Assembly: GCF_036971445.1 (NCBI RefSeq)
Contig: NW_027212150.1
Coordinates: 1 to 64,000, forward strand
Reading direction: 5' to 3'
DNA from: Narcine bancroftii
Lineage: Eukaryota
Length of the DNA stretch: 64,000 nucleotides
Part shown: positions 18,626 to 31,079 of the stretch, piece by piece
Layout: each line of letters opens with the position of its first letter
Numbering within the stretch: position 1 is the first letter of the stretch
Notes under the pieces: model-generated
What the model was told of the DNA's origin: nothing
The model's database searches: none
The model's input: only the letters and a program-made list of their open reading frames with translations
Translations under genes and position numbers: made by a program

Positions 18626-21600
18626 ATGACGGAAATCAGTGACCTCGACCGACAGATCGAACAGCTACGGCGCTGTGAACTCATCAAGGAAAATGAGGTC
18701 AAGGCGCTGTGTGCAAAGGCCAGGTCAGTGTTTGTCCCATCCTGGGAGTGTGTGACTGGATGAGGGGGAGAGGGGTCTTCATTCTGTGTCCAACCTCGGG
18801 AGTGTGTGATGGGATGGGGGGAGTGGGAACTTCAATCTGCTTCTCATCCGCTCTGTGTTTGCAGGGAGATTTTGGTGGAAGAGAGCAATGTACAACAGGT
18901 CGATTCACCTGTAACCGTGAGTTGGACACTTCACAGATCTCCCCCATCAGCCTCCATCCCCAAAAGTCCCTCGTCCTGGACTCGTCACCTGTTCCGATGA
19001 AGAGCAATGTGATTCACACCTCCTTCTCCGCTCCATCAACACATGTTCCAACTTTCAGGGAACGATATCTCTGTATCTCTCTGTTCTACAACACTCCCCA
19101 CCATTCACCAAGTTGGTTCCCGTACCCCAGGGTTCTCTGTTCTACAACACTCCCCTCTGTTCACCGTGTCGGACCCGGACCCTGAGGTCTCTCTGTTCTT
19201 CAACACTCCCCACCGTTCACCGTGTCAATCCCTATACCCCGAGGTCTCTCCGTTCTACAACACTCCCCACCCTTCACCTTGTCAGTACCCGTACCCCGAG
19301 CACTGTCCCAACACGTTGGTTCCCGTACCCCGAGGTCTCCCTGTTCTACAACACTCCCCACTGTTCACCGTGTCGAACCCAGACCCCGAGATATCTCTGT
19401 TCTCCAACAACACCCACTGTTCACCTTGTCTGTCCCTGTTCCCCGAGGTCTCTCTGTTCTACAACACTCCTACCGTTCCCCGGGAGTTCTGCATGTTTTA
19501 ACCTCTCTTCCCCCTCACCACAGGTCTGCGGAGACATACACGGCCAATTCTATGACCTGAAGGAGTTGTTTAGGGTAAGTCCAAAGTTCTTCTCTTCTTT
19601 TGCCCTCTTTCCACATTGATTCTAAATCATAGGAAGAACTACCTCTTTCATCTTTTACCAGATAGCATTGACATCAACTTCACCGATTTCTGTTAAATTC
19701 CCTCCCCCGTCTCTCTCCTCCACCTCCCCCCTTTCCCTCTCCATTCAGAGCTGCCCACTCCCCATCACTTCTCAGCTGAATCCACCTTATGTTGCATTGA
19801 AATCCTCCCCTGCCCCTTCCTCCCTCCTCACCTCCTCCCCTGTCCCTTCCTCCTCCTCCCCTGCCCCTTCTTCCCTCCTCTTCTCCTCCCCTGCCCCTTC
19901 TTCCCTCCTCCTCCCCTGCCCCTTCCCTCCTCTCCTCCTCCCCTGCCCCTCCTCTCCTTCTCCCCTGCCCCTCCTCTCCTCCTCCCCTGCCCCTTCCCTC
20001 CTCTCCTCCTCCCCTGCCCCTTCTTCCCTCCTCTTCTCCTCCCCTGCCCCTTCTTCCCTCCTCCTCCTCCCCTGCCCCTTCTTCCCTCCTCCTACCCCTT
20101 CCTCCATCTCCTCCTCTGCCCCTTCCACCCTCCTCCTCCTACCCCTTCCTCCCTCCTCCCGTACCTTCCTCTCCTCTGCTCCCCCTGCTCTGTCCTCACC
20201 CTCTTCCCCTCCCCCCAAGGTATCCACTCTCTCTCTCTAGCAGGGACTCCCTCCTCTCTCCCAATAAGCTCACAGCCTTTCTGATTTCCCCAATCTCTGC
20301 AGGTCGGTGGTGATGTTCCTGAAACCAACTACTTGTTCATGGGCGATTTTGTTGATCGAGGTTTTTACAGTGTCGAGACATTCCTACTGTTGCTCGCACT
20401 GAAGGTGAGGGGGCTTCACTCTGTTTCCCACCCCGGGAGTGTGTGACAGGTCGGGGGTAGAGGGAGCTTCACTCTGTTTCCCACCCCGGGAGTGTGTGAC
20501 AGGTCAGGGGTAGAGGGGGCTTCACTCTGTTTCCCACCCCGGGAGTATATGACAGGACGCGGGGAAAGGGAGCTTCACTTTGTGTCCCACCCTGGGAGTG
20601 TGTAATGGGATGGGGGGAGAGGGAGCTTCACTCTGTCCCACCCCGGGAGTGTGTGACTGATGCTGTGGCCCCTCACCACCCCCATCAGGTGCGCTACCCC
20701 GATAGGATCACACTGATCCGGGGCAACCATGAGAGCAGACAGATCACCCAGGTCTACGGCTTCTACGACGAGTGTCTTCGCAAGTATGGTGCGGTGACTG
20801 TCTGGCGGTACTGTACCGAGATCTTCGACTACCTCAGTCTGTCTGCCATCATTGACGGCAAGGTGAGAACGTGCGGGAGAGAGGGGAGGGGAGAGGAGAA
20901 GGTTGGAAGGCGTCAGGTACATTGGAGGGAGTCAAGGAGTGGAGAAGAGAGGTGGGAGAGGGTTGAGAAGAGTAAGGGAGAGAGAAACTGGCCCTTTCTG
21001 TGCTGAACTATTATTCTTCCTAGTCCCACTGACCTGCCCAGCCCATAGCCCTCCATACTCCACCCATCCATGTAGCTGTCCAAATTCTTCTTAAATGTTA
21101 AAACTGAGCCCACATTCACCACCTCAGTTCATTCCACACTCCAACCCCTCTCTGTGTGAAGAAGTTCCCTCCTAAACCTTTCCCCTTTCACCCTTAATCT
21201 GTGTCCTCTGGTTTGGATCTCACCCCCCCCCCCCACCCCAGTGGGAAAAGGCGATCTACATTTACTCTGTCTGTCCCCTTCATCATTTTAAACCCCTTGA
21301 TCAAATCTCCCCTCATCCTTCTACGCTCTAGGGAATAAAGTCCAAACCTGTTTAACCTTTCCCTGTAACACAGTTCCTGAAGTCTGGGCCACATCCTCGT
21401 AAATCTTCTCTGCATCTTTCTATCTTATTGAGATCTTTCCTGTAGTTCAGTGACCAAAACTGCACACAATTCTCCAAATGTGGCCTCACCAAAGTCTTGT
21501 ACAACTTTACCATAACATCCCAACTCCTGTACTCAATACTTCAATTTATGAAGGCCAATGTGCCAAAAGGTCTCTTTATAACCCTGTCCACCTGTGATGC

Positions 21601-23230
21601 CACTTTCAGGGAATTGTGTTCTACCACACTCCTCCCATTGTCCCTATGCTAAGATTTCCTGTTCTTTGCTTATTCTTTGAGGTAGGGCTCAGGTCCAAAT
21701 TGTCGGCAATATATGTTTGCCTCCTATGAATGCTGCGAGGCCAGCTGAGATCTTCTAGCATTTCGACGTGTTTATACTGCAATCACAGCGTCTGCAGACT
21801 TTTGTGTTTCACCTCCCACATTATTGTCCAGGTCAAACAACGATGGTCCCAGCACCGATCCCTGAGACACGGGGCAGGGGAGAAAAGGGGGGTGGGAGGG
21901 GGAAGAGGAGAGGTGGGGGATGGGAGAATGGGAGGGAGGATAGGGACCAGGTTCAAGTGGCTATACTGATATTCAGTCTATTGTCTCTCTTCCCCTCTCT
22001 TCTCCCACTCTCTCCCTCCTTTCTACCCACTTCTCCTTATCCCCCTTTCTACCCAATTCTCTCTCTCCCCCTCTTTATCCCCCTCTCTCCCCCACCCTCC
22101 TCTCTCCCCCTCTCTCCACCTCTTTCCCTTCCTTTCTCCCTCCTTTCCTTTTCCCCTCCCCACGCTCCCTCACACCACTCCATCCCCTCTCCCCCTCACC
22201 ACCCTTCATCCCCTCACATCCCTCCATCCTCCCCCTCTCACACCCCTCCATCCCCCTCACATATCCCTCTGCCCCCCCTCAAACACCCCTCCATCCCTCC
22301 TCTCACACCCCTCCATCCCCCAACTCCCTCACCCCCAGATATTTTGTGTGCACGGAGGTCTCTCGCCTTCCATCCAAACTCTGGACCAGATTCGAACCAT
22401 CGACCGGAAGCAGGAGGTTCCTCATGACGGTCCCATGTGTGACCTGCTCTGGTCCGATCCTGAAGGTAGGGGGAGTGATGGTAATGGGATGGAGAGAGGC
22501 AGTATGGCCTGAGGTCTCTCCTCTCTCTGTCCCCGGGGTCTCCCCTCTCACCCTGGCAGTTCTCCGCAGGTCCCAAACTCAGCTTCCCCCCTCCCCCGCC
22601 ACCTGCCTGACCTCTTTCTTTCCTCCCAATCATCTCTTCCCAGACACGACGGGGTGGGGCGTCAGTCCCCGCGGGGCCGGGTACCTGTTCGGCAGCGACG
22701 TGGTGGGCCAGTTCAACACGGCAAACGACATCGACATGATCTGCCGCGCTCACCAGCTGGTGATGGAGGGGTACAAGTGGCACTTCAATGAGACTGTGCT
22801 GACAGTGTGGTCGGCCCCCAACTACTGCTACAGGTCTGTCCGGGTTCAGTGGGAGGGGGAGGGAGAGGAGAGAGACTGGGGAGTGGGAGGGGGAGAGAGG
22901 GATGGGGCAGTGCATTGGGGAGGTTTGAAAGTGGGAGAGAGAGGAGAGGAGACTGGGGGTGGAGAGAAGGGGGAGAGGGAAGGAGACTGTGGGAGAGAGA
23001 AGGGGGAGAGGGGAGGAGACTGGGGGTGGAGGGTAGGAGGGGAACCGGGGGCAAAGACCTCATTCCCTGACCCTCTCTCCCCACCCCCCCACCCCCCCAG
23101 GTGCGGGAATGTGGCAGCCATCCTCGAGTTGGACGAACATCTCCAGAAGGAGTTCATCATCTTCGAAGCGGCTCCACAGGAGACCCGGGGCATTCCATCC
23201 AAGAAACCCGTGGCCGACTACTTCCTGTGA
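18626..23230 (+). CDS. PPP4C: serine/threonine protein phosphatase 4 catalytic subunit, 307 aa, intact
   Basis: Exons 18626-18723, 18865-18916, 19524-19574, 20303-20404, 20689-20862, 22339-22465, 22644-22833, 23101-23230 sum to 924 nt. [22 protein letters not shown] start, GDIHG, GDFVDRG, RGNHE, SAPNYC and C-terminal [11 protein letters not shown]. Confidence 0.98.
19065..19490. repeat. ~60 bp intronic minisatellite with core CTCTGTTCTACAACACTCCCC
   Basis: About 7 copies; the core is the reverse complement of the 4146-8880 core GGGGAGTGTTGTAGA. Confidence 0.85.
19805..20200. repeat. polypyrimidine minisatellite (CCCCTGCCCCTTCTTCCCTCCTC)
   Basis: Directly visible. Confidence 0.85.
20405..20660 (+). 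repeat. ~54 bp tandem repeat GGGAGCTTCACTCTGTTTCCCACCCCGGGAGTGTGTGACAGG
   Basis: About 5 copies fill a PPP4C intron; related copies at 18725-18850 and 10440-10700. Confidence 0.85.
20985..21870 (-). mobile_element. CR1-type LINE fragment with a nested short repeat (~21650-21815)
   Basis: Minus translation [40 protein letters not shown]. Confidence 0.85.
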
Positions 23231-23433
23231 CCAAACCCTCCCTCCCACTGGGCCCTCTCCCCTCTGCCCCTCTCCCCCCCCCACACCCCGGGGATCAGCT
23301 GGTCTCCCCTCTCCCTGGGGACTCTGCCCTCCCTCTCCTCAGTCTCTCTCCCTCTCCCTGCAACCCCCAGCCACTTCGCAGGCACTGGGAGAAGTTGCGA
23401 CTCGAACTGTGGGAGGTGGGGTTCGAGGCCAGC

Positions 23434-23439
23434 AATAAA
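23434..23439 (+). terminator. PPP4C polyadenylation signal
   Basis: AATAAA about 200 nt after the stop, followed by GU-rich sequence. Confidence 0.8.
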
Positions 23440-23994
23440 AACCATAACACCTTCCAATCCTCGTGTCCTGTGTATCTAGAGGGGTGGTTCACGGTGGGGA
23501 GAGGTGCTGAGGGAGCTCTATGTTCTCGGGGTGCGGGGCAAAGGGAAGGGGATGAGATAGAGAGGGTAGTGAGAGGGAGATGGGAGAGATGGGTGAGAGA
23601 GGGGGTGAGAGGAATAGAGAGAAAAAGAATGGGGAGAGAAAGGGGTGAGAGGAGGAGATATGCAGTCAGGGAGAGTGGGGGAAGGGAAGAGGGAAAGGGT
23701 TAGAGGGGAGAGAGAGATGAGGTCAGGGAAGGGGTTGAAAAAAGGTGAGAGGGTGGAGGGAAGAGGAGAAATGGAGTAGAGAGTGTGAGGGAGGAGAGGT
23801 GGGGGAAGAGAGGAATGAAGAGGGGGAGTGAGGAGAGCAAGATATAAAGTGGGGTTTATGTGGGGCTGATGCAGAGGAACCTCTGTGTTTGACCTGAAAA
23901 CGATGGGATTGGAACCTATGATCCTCAATCCCAACTAACTCTGGGACCTCTCTCTGCCCCCAATCCTGACCCTCAGGAGTTTCCAAAGGATCCA

Positions 23995-25545
23995 ACCATG
24001 AGACACTGGAGCAGAAATAGGCTATTGTCTACCCCCTCTATTTAATCATGAGCAGAACCATTTCCCCACTCAGCCCCACTGCCCACCCTTCTCCCCTTAA
24101 TCTGTGATGCCCTGGCTAATCAAGAACCCATCAATTCCTGCCTTAAATACACCCAACGACCCAGCCTCCACAACCATCTGTGGCAACAAATTCCACAGAT
24201 TCGCCGCCCTCCGGCTGAAGAAATTCCTCCCATGTCTCTGTTCTAAGTGGACGCCCTTCAGTTCTGAAGTTGTGCCCTCATTTCCCGGATTCTCCCTTCG
24301 TGTGGAAACAACCATTCTACATTGGCTCCGTCCACACCCTTCAATCTGGAACCCCATGAGTTTCTGATAGATCCAAACCCTGGGATCTTCCTCACCACTT
24401 GGGCTGTTAGAACCACAGAATGTTACAGCACAAAAGCAGGCCCTTCAAGACTGTACTGGACTATTATTCTGCCCTGTCCCACTGAACTGCACCCCAACCA
24501 TATCCCTCTGAACCCCTTCCATCCAGTTAACTTCCCAAATTTCTCTTAAATGTTAAAATTAAACCTACATTCACCACCTCAGCTGGTTCCACACTCCCAC
24601 CGCTCTCTTGGGAAGAGATTCCCCCTAAACTTTTCCCCTTTCACCCTTAACCCATGTCCTCTGGTTTGGATCTCACCCACCCTCAGTAGGAAAAGCCAGC
24701 CTACATTTACTCTGTCTGTCCCCCTCATTTTAAACACCTCGATCAAATCTCCCCTATTTCTTCTACGCTCCAGGGAATAAAAGTCCAGGCAATATCCTAG
24801 TAAATCTCTGCACTCTTTCTATCTTATTGAGATCTTTCCTGTAGTTCAGTGACCAAAACTGCACACAGTTCTCCATATGTGGCCTCAGCGATGTCTTCAC
24901 CATAACATCCCAACTCCTGTACTCGCTACTTTGATTTATGAAGGCCAATGTGCCAAAAGCTCTCTTTACAACCCTGTCCACCTGTGATGCCACATTCAGG
25001 GAATTATGTATCTATCCCCAGATCCCTCTGTTCCACTGCATTCCTCAGTGACCGACTGTTCACCGAGGACGTCCTTTTTTGGTTTGTCCTTCCAAAATGT
25101 AACACCTCACACTTTTATGTATTAAATTCCATCGGCCATTTTTCCAGTTGGTCCAGATCCCTCTGCAAACTTTGAAAACCTTCCTCTCTGTCCACAACAT
25201 CTCCAATCTCAGTGTCATCTGCAAACCTGCTGATCCGATTCACCACATGATCATCCAGATCATTGATATCGATGACAAACAATGATGGTCCCAGTACCGA
25301 TCCCTGAGGGACCCCACTGGTCACAGGCCTCCAGTCTGAGAAGCATCGTCCACCACTACTCCCTGGCTTCTCGAATTCAATGTACTACCTCACCATGTAT
25401 ACTCAGCATCTGAAAGGTCCTGACTAACCTCCAATGTGGGACCTTGTCAAAGGCCTTAATAAAATCAATGTAGACAACATCCAGGGCCACTTCCTGGGTA
25501 CCTCAGTGACTCTGTAAGGTTGGTTAAACACGCACAAAGCCATGG
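23995..25545 (-). mobile_element. CR1-type LINE fragments (RT domain and 3' end)
   Basis: [23 protein letters not shown]...SRFADDT RT motif; [12 protein letters not shown]; RNFFSRRAANLWNLLP. Confidence 0.9.
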
Positions 25546-25609
25546 TGACTACCCTGACTGTCCACTCACCCACTGTGATCATCCTCTCTAGCCAACAGCC
25601 ACCAGCCCC

Positions 25610-26310
25610 GTGACCTCTGCACCGTACTACAGAGAAGAGGTGGAAAGCCTCGTGAAATGGTGTGAGAGGAACAAGCTGAGTCTCGACGTGGACAAGACAA
25701 AGGAGATGATGGTGGACTCGGGGTTCCAGGAACGACTCTCATAACACATCAACAACTTTGTAGTGGAGAGCACCAAGTTCCCTGAACTAATGACCTATCG
25801 TGGTCACTCAACATCTCACTTGTCAGGAAGGTGCAACAGGGGTCTGCACTTCTTGAGAAGACAGGTGGATGAGGTTACCGGTCTCCATCATGTCAACCTT
25901 CTACAGGAGATCTATTGAGAGCGTCCTTGCCGGCTGCATCACAGTGCGGGTACGGTTACTGGGAGAAATGGATTGGAGGGCAATCCACAGGACCAGAAGA
26001 GTGGCAGAGAGGATCACTGGAGTCTCCCCCTCCCCAATGATGTGATCTACTGGGATCATTGAAGAGGGCCCGCAAGGTCATTGAGGACCCCTTCCACCTT
26101 GCACACGGCATCTTTCACCAGCTCCCTTCAGGGAAGAGATACAGAAGTATCAGACCCAGCACCACCAGGATGAGGAAGAACTTCTCCCCACTGGAATGTT
26201 TGTGGGATATGTCTGGTTGTGTGTCTGCATGCTTTGCACCAAGGACCGAAGAACGCTGTTTTGTTGGGTTGTACTTGTACACTCAGATAACAATGAATTT
26301 GAATGAACCC
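25610..26310 (+). mobile_element. Rex1/Babar-like LINE 3' fragment
   Basis: YREEVESLVKWCERNKLSLDVDKTKEMMVD and RARKVIEDPFHLAHGIFHQLPSGKRYRSI motifs; degenerate. Confidence 0.8.
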
Positions 26311-26319
26311 TTAGATTGA

Positions 26320-28020
26320 CCTTTGTACCCCACCCCCGGGTCCTCCTCTGCACCCACCCCTGGAATGCCCCCCTGTACCCGACGCCCGGGATCCCCCTCT
26401 GTAACCCACCCCAGGATCTCCCTCTATACCCCACCCCCGGGATCATCCTCTGCATCCCACCCCCGGGATCATCCTCTGCATCCCACCCCCGGGATCTCCC
26501 TCTGCATTCCACCCCCGGGATTGCATCCCACCCCCGGGATCTCCCTCCGTACAGCCCACCCCGGGACATCCATCTGTACCCCACCCTGGGACATCGTTCT
26601 GTACCCCACCCCCGGGGACATCCCTCTTTACCCCATCCCCGGGATAATCCTCTTTACCCCACCCCAGGATCTCCCTCTGCACCCTACCCCAATATCTCCC
26701 TCCGCACCCCACCCCGGGACATCCCTCCGCACCCCACCCTGGGACATCCCTCAGTACTCCGCACCCCACCCCAGAACCTCCCTCTGTACCCCACCCCCGG
26801 GACATTTCTCCGCACCCCAACTCCGGGATCTCCCTCTGCACCCACCACCGGAACTCCCTCTGTACCCATCCTGGAATCCCTCCGTACCCCACCCCCGGGA
26901 CATCCCTCTGTACTCCACACCCCACCCCGGGACATCCCCCTGTACCCCACCCTCTGTACCCCACCCCCGGGACATCCCTCCATACCCCACCCCAGAATCT
27001 CCCTCTGTACTCCGCACCCAACCCCGGGACATCCCTCTGTACCCCACCCCCGGGACATCCCTCTGTACCCTACCCCTGGGACATCCCTCTGTACCCCACC
27101 CCAGGATCTCCCTCTGTACTCCGCACCCCACCCCGGGAAATCCCTCCGTACCCCACCCCCGGGACATCCCTCTGAACTTCGCACCCCACCTTGGGACATC
27201 CCTCTGTACCCCACCCCCAGGACATCCCTCTGTACTCTGCACCCCACCCCAGGACATCCCTCTGTACCCCACCCCAAGGACATCCCTCCATATCCCACCC
27301 CCGGGACATCCCTCTACTCCGCACCCCACCCTAGGATCTCCCTCTGTACTCTGCACCCCACCCCGGGACATCCTTCGGTACCCCATCCTCTGTACCCTAC
27401 CCCTGGGACATCCCTCTGTACCCCACCCCAGGATCTCCCTCTGCACTCCACACCCCACCCCGGGACATCCCTCTGTACTCTGCACCCCACCCTGGGATAT
27501 CCCTCTGTACCCCACCCCCGGGGACATCCCTCTTTACCCCACCCCCATGGACATCCCTCTTTACCCCACCCCCAGGGCATCCCACTTTACCCCACCCCGG
27601 GATCTCCCTCTGCATCCCAACCCGGGATCTACCTCTGTACCCATGTACCTGAACCCTGGGATCTCCCTCTGCATCCCACCCCGGGACATCCCTCTGTACT
27701 CCGCACCCAACCCCGGGACATCCCTCCGTACCCCACCCCCGAGGACATCCCTCTTTACCCCACCCCGGGATCTCCCTCTGTACCCCACCCCAGGGATCTC
27801 CCTCTGCACCCCACCCCGGGATCTCTCTCTGTACCCATTTACCTGACCCCCAGGATCCCCTTCTGCACCCCAACCTGGGATCTCCCTCTGTACCCACGTA
27901 CCTGAACCCCGGGACATCTCCCTGAACCCCACCCCCGGGTCATCCCTATGTACCCCACCCCGGGATCTCCCTTTGCGCCCCACGCTTGGGACCTTGCTCT
28001 GCATCCCTGGGTCCCTTGAA
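26320..28020. repeat. C-rich minisatellite, ~27-36 bp unit CCCCACCCCGGGACATCCCTCTGTA
   Basis: Directly visible tandem array. Confidence 0.95.
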
Positions 28021-28099
28021 ACCCTGGGATGCTCTGTCTCCACCCCTGTGATCCACTGCATTTCACCCTCTCGGTTACCTTCTCTTCCCCCCCCCCCCC

Positions 28100-28346
28100 C
28101 ACCAATGCCACCTCCCATTGGGTATTTACGATCTCCTACCACGGCTCCCATTGGCCGCCACTCCGGTCCAATCGGCAGGTGGGTGTCGTGCGCATCTCTT
28201 CATTCGCTCCGATTGGTTACAATTCACGTCTCGGTCGCGGCGGGTGCGTTGATTGGCTGGGGCGAGTTGCTATGGGTGACGGGTCGATCAGCTATGCGCC
28301 TAGACGTATGGCGGGGAGGCGCATGCGCGGTGACCGGGCGGAGAGG
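28100..28346 (+). promoter_or_regulatory. CpG promoter and non-coding first exon of the Cys-rich TM gene
   Basis: Five CCAAT/ATTGG boxes (about 28115-28256), RFX X-box-like GTTGCTATGGGTGAC at 28266-28280, NRF1 palindrome GCGCATGCGC at 28319-28328, donor AGG|GTGAGG at 28346/28347. Confidence 0.7.
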
Positions 28347-28489
28347 GTGAGGGAAAGGGGTGATTGAGAAGGGGGGGGGGAGGTGAGATGAGGGGGATGA
28401 GAGAGGAGGGGAGGTGGGATGAGGGGGAAGGAGAAAGAAAGGGGAGGGTATCGGATAGGAAGAGAAGGGGGTGTGTGAGGAGAGGGAAG

Positions 28490-29700
28490 GTTTGAAATCT
28501 GTCTTTTATCACGAGGAGTATTAGGAATAAAGGGGATCAGAACATGGAACTACGACGTTGTGGCCGTTACTGAGACTTGGCTGGAGGGAGGGCAGGATCG
28601 GCTGATGCAGGTGTCGGGGTTTAGGTGTTTTAAAAGGTATAGGATGGGAGGTAAGAGAGGGGGGAGGGGATTTGAAGTAACATTACTGGTCAGAGGCCAT
28701 ATCACGGCGACGGAAAGGGAGGACGTTGCAGAGGGAGGGTCCACTGAGTCGGTGGGGGTGGAAGTCAGAAATAGGAAGGGAGCCATCACTGTGCTGGGTG
28801 TGGTCTATAGGCCCCCAAATAGCCCTCGGGACACCAAAGAGCAGCAGATAAGCAGACAGATTTTGGAATGGTGCAGGAGATACAGGGTTGTCGTTAAGTC
28901 AACTTCTCAAATATTGACTGAGATCTACTGACTGCAAGAAAGGTAGATGGGGCTGAGTTGGTCAGGTGTGACCCAGAAGGATCCCTGACACAATGTGTGT
29001 GTGGACCATCCGACGGGAGGAGAGGCCGAATGGGATTTGATTCTGGGGAATTAACCTGGTCAGGTGGCCAACCTCTTGGTGGGGGAGCAGTTTGGTGGGA
29101 GTGACCACAACTCCCTAAGCTTCAACATAGCTACAGAAAAGGATATAAACAGTCAAACTGGGAAAGTGATTAACTGGTAAAGGGTGAATTACGAAGGGAT
29201 GAGGCAGGAACAACCGATTGATTACAGGAAGGATGTGAAAGCTATGGAGAGGGGGGCAGAGGAGATTCACCAGGACGTTGCCTGGATTGGGAAACAAGTT
29301 TTATGAGGGAAGGTTTGCAGAGCTGGGACTTTTCTCTTGGAGCGTAGAAGAATGAGAGGAGACTTGATAGAGGTTGACAAGATTCTGAGAGGCGTCAATA
29401 GGGTGGACAGTCAGCGCTTGTTTCCCAGGGTGGGATCAGCAAACACCAGAGGACTTGTGTACAAAGTGGAGGGAGGGAAGTTTAGGGGAGACGTCAAGGG
29501 GAAGTTTTTTTACACAGAGAGTTGTGGGGGCCTCGAATGCATTGCCAGGTGGAGGCTGGGACATTGGAGGTGATTGAGACTTTTAGACACACGGATGGAA
29601 AAAAAATGGAGGGTTTAGTTTTTGGAAGGAATATCTGGGTCAGCACAAGGTCGAGGGCCAAAGGGCCTGTACTAAACTGCATTGTTCTATGTTCTAGAGA
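28490..29700 (+). mobile_element. internally deleted CR1-type LINE (endonuclease fragment joined to 3' end)
   Basis: VAVTETWL...GVVYRPPN endonuclease motifs and a GSDHN-like motif, then an abrupt jump near 29218 to [12 protein letters not shown] and the 3' tail. Confidence 0.85.
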
Positions 29701-29954
29701 GAGAGGGGACAGGGAGAAGAGAGTCAGGGGGAGATTGAAGGAGAGGGGAGACAGGGAGATGGAGGGGAGAGAGGAAAGGAGAGTGAGGGAGAGATGAAGG
29801 GGGAGAGGTGAGGGGGAGACTGAGGGAGAGAGGGAAGAGAGTGAGGAGAGAGAAGGGGTGACTGTTGGTCAAGTTCTTGGTAGTCCAGCCCATTGAGTAG
29901 GATGTTGCACTGGTTAACCAGGACCCCTGCTCACTCTGCCTGCAGCTTTGAACG

Positions 29955-30935
29955 ATGAGGAGCCCACCCCCCATCACAGCCTCTTCCCCCGGCCTCCTGC
30001 TACCTGTCCCTGGGATCGTGATGCTCGCAGTCACCATCTACCTGGTCCTGGTCTTGATGGTGGTCGTTGTCCGTCAGTGGCTGCTGGTGAGGGGGGGAGA
30101 TGGTGTGGGGGAGAGGAGAGGAGGGGGGGATGGTGGAGAGAGGGGAAGAGAGAGGAGTGGGAGAGAGGGGAAGAGGGCAAGTTGATGGTGTTGGGATAAC
30201 ACAGCCACCTGACTTTCCCCCTCTTTTGCCCCCCTCTCTCCTACCCCCTCCCCCCATCTGCTCCCCAGGCCCGGGGGTCCTGTGCCGAGTGTAGTGCCTG
30301 TGCGGAGGGAGAACCGGGACCCGGCTCGGAGTGGGCTCTCGCTCTGGCCCAGACCTGCGACTGTTGGGTGCCCACCTTAACTCAGTGTCTGGACCATTGC
30401 TGCCCCCGGGGACAGGTGAGTGGCCCAGACTCCACTGCTGACCCCTGACTTTGAACACCTCACCCCTGACCTCTTACCCCTGACCCTAACCTCATCCCTG
30501 GACCTCACCCCTGGAACTCTTGCCTGTGATCCTAGACCTCTGACCCAGAACCCCTCACACCTAACCTTAGACCACTCATCCCTGATCCCAGCCCCAAACC
30601 CTGACTCTGGTGCCCCCAATTCTCAACCGCTCAGCCCCAACGTCTTCACCTGGGACGATTGCACACCCCCCACTCTCTCTCTTCCCCTCTCCTTCCCACT
30701 CTCTTCCCTCTCCCTCTCCTCCCACCCTTTTACTCTCCCTCTCTCTCACACTTTCTCCATCCCTCTCTCTTCCCCCCTCAACCTTTCTACCCTCTCCCCC
30801 CCCCCCCCCCAGGACTGTCATTGCAGGATGTGCCTACCCTGTGGAACTGCTCCCCTCTGCGACTGTGCCTGTGCCTTTCAGCTCCCGGACTGTGAGAGCA
30901 TCAACTGCATCTGCTTCGAGATCCGCCTCCGGTGA
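29955..30935 (+). CDS. uncharacterised 133-aa single-pass membrane protein with Cys-rich C-terminal region
   Basis: Exons 29955-30086, 30269-30415, 30813-30935, all GT-AG and phase 0. Protein MRSPPPITASSPGLLLPVPGIVMLAVTIYLVLVLMVVVVRQWLL/ARGSCAECSACAEGEPGPGSEWALALAQTCDCWVPTLTQCLDHCCPRGQ/DCHCRMCLPCGTAPLCDCACAFQLPDCESINCICFEIRLR*. Confidence 0.85.
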
Positions 30936-31079
30936 CCGAGTGCTGAATCCACACTCACTCGCCATCTACTCCCTCCTTTCCTCGGGAGGCAGGGGAGAAG
31001 GCTGACACCACACAGGCTTCGAGAGACAGCAGTGGAACATGTATGCGATAACTTGCTCATGTGAAACATCTCTCACCCA

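Noticed and set aside
26316-27905. ~500 aa Pro-rich ORFs
   Set aside because: Minisatellite translations in two frames.
23300-28000. TBX6 expected after PPP4C
   Set aside because: No T-box exons found; only LINE fragments and repeats.
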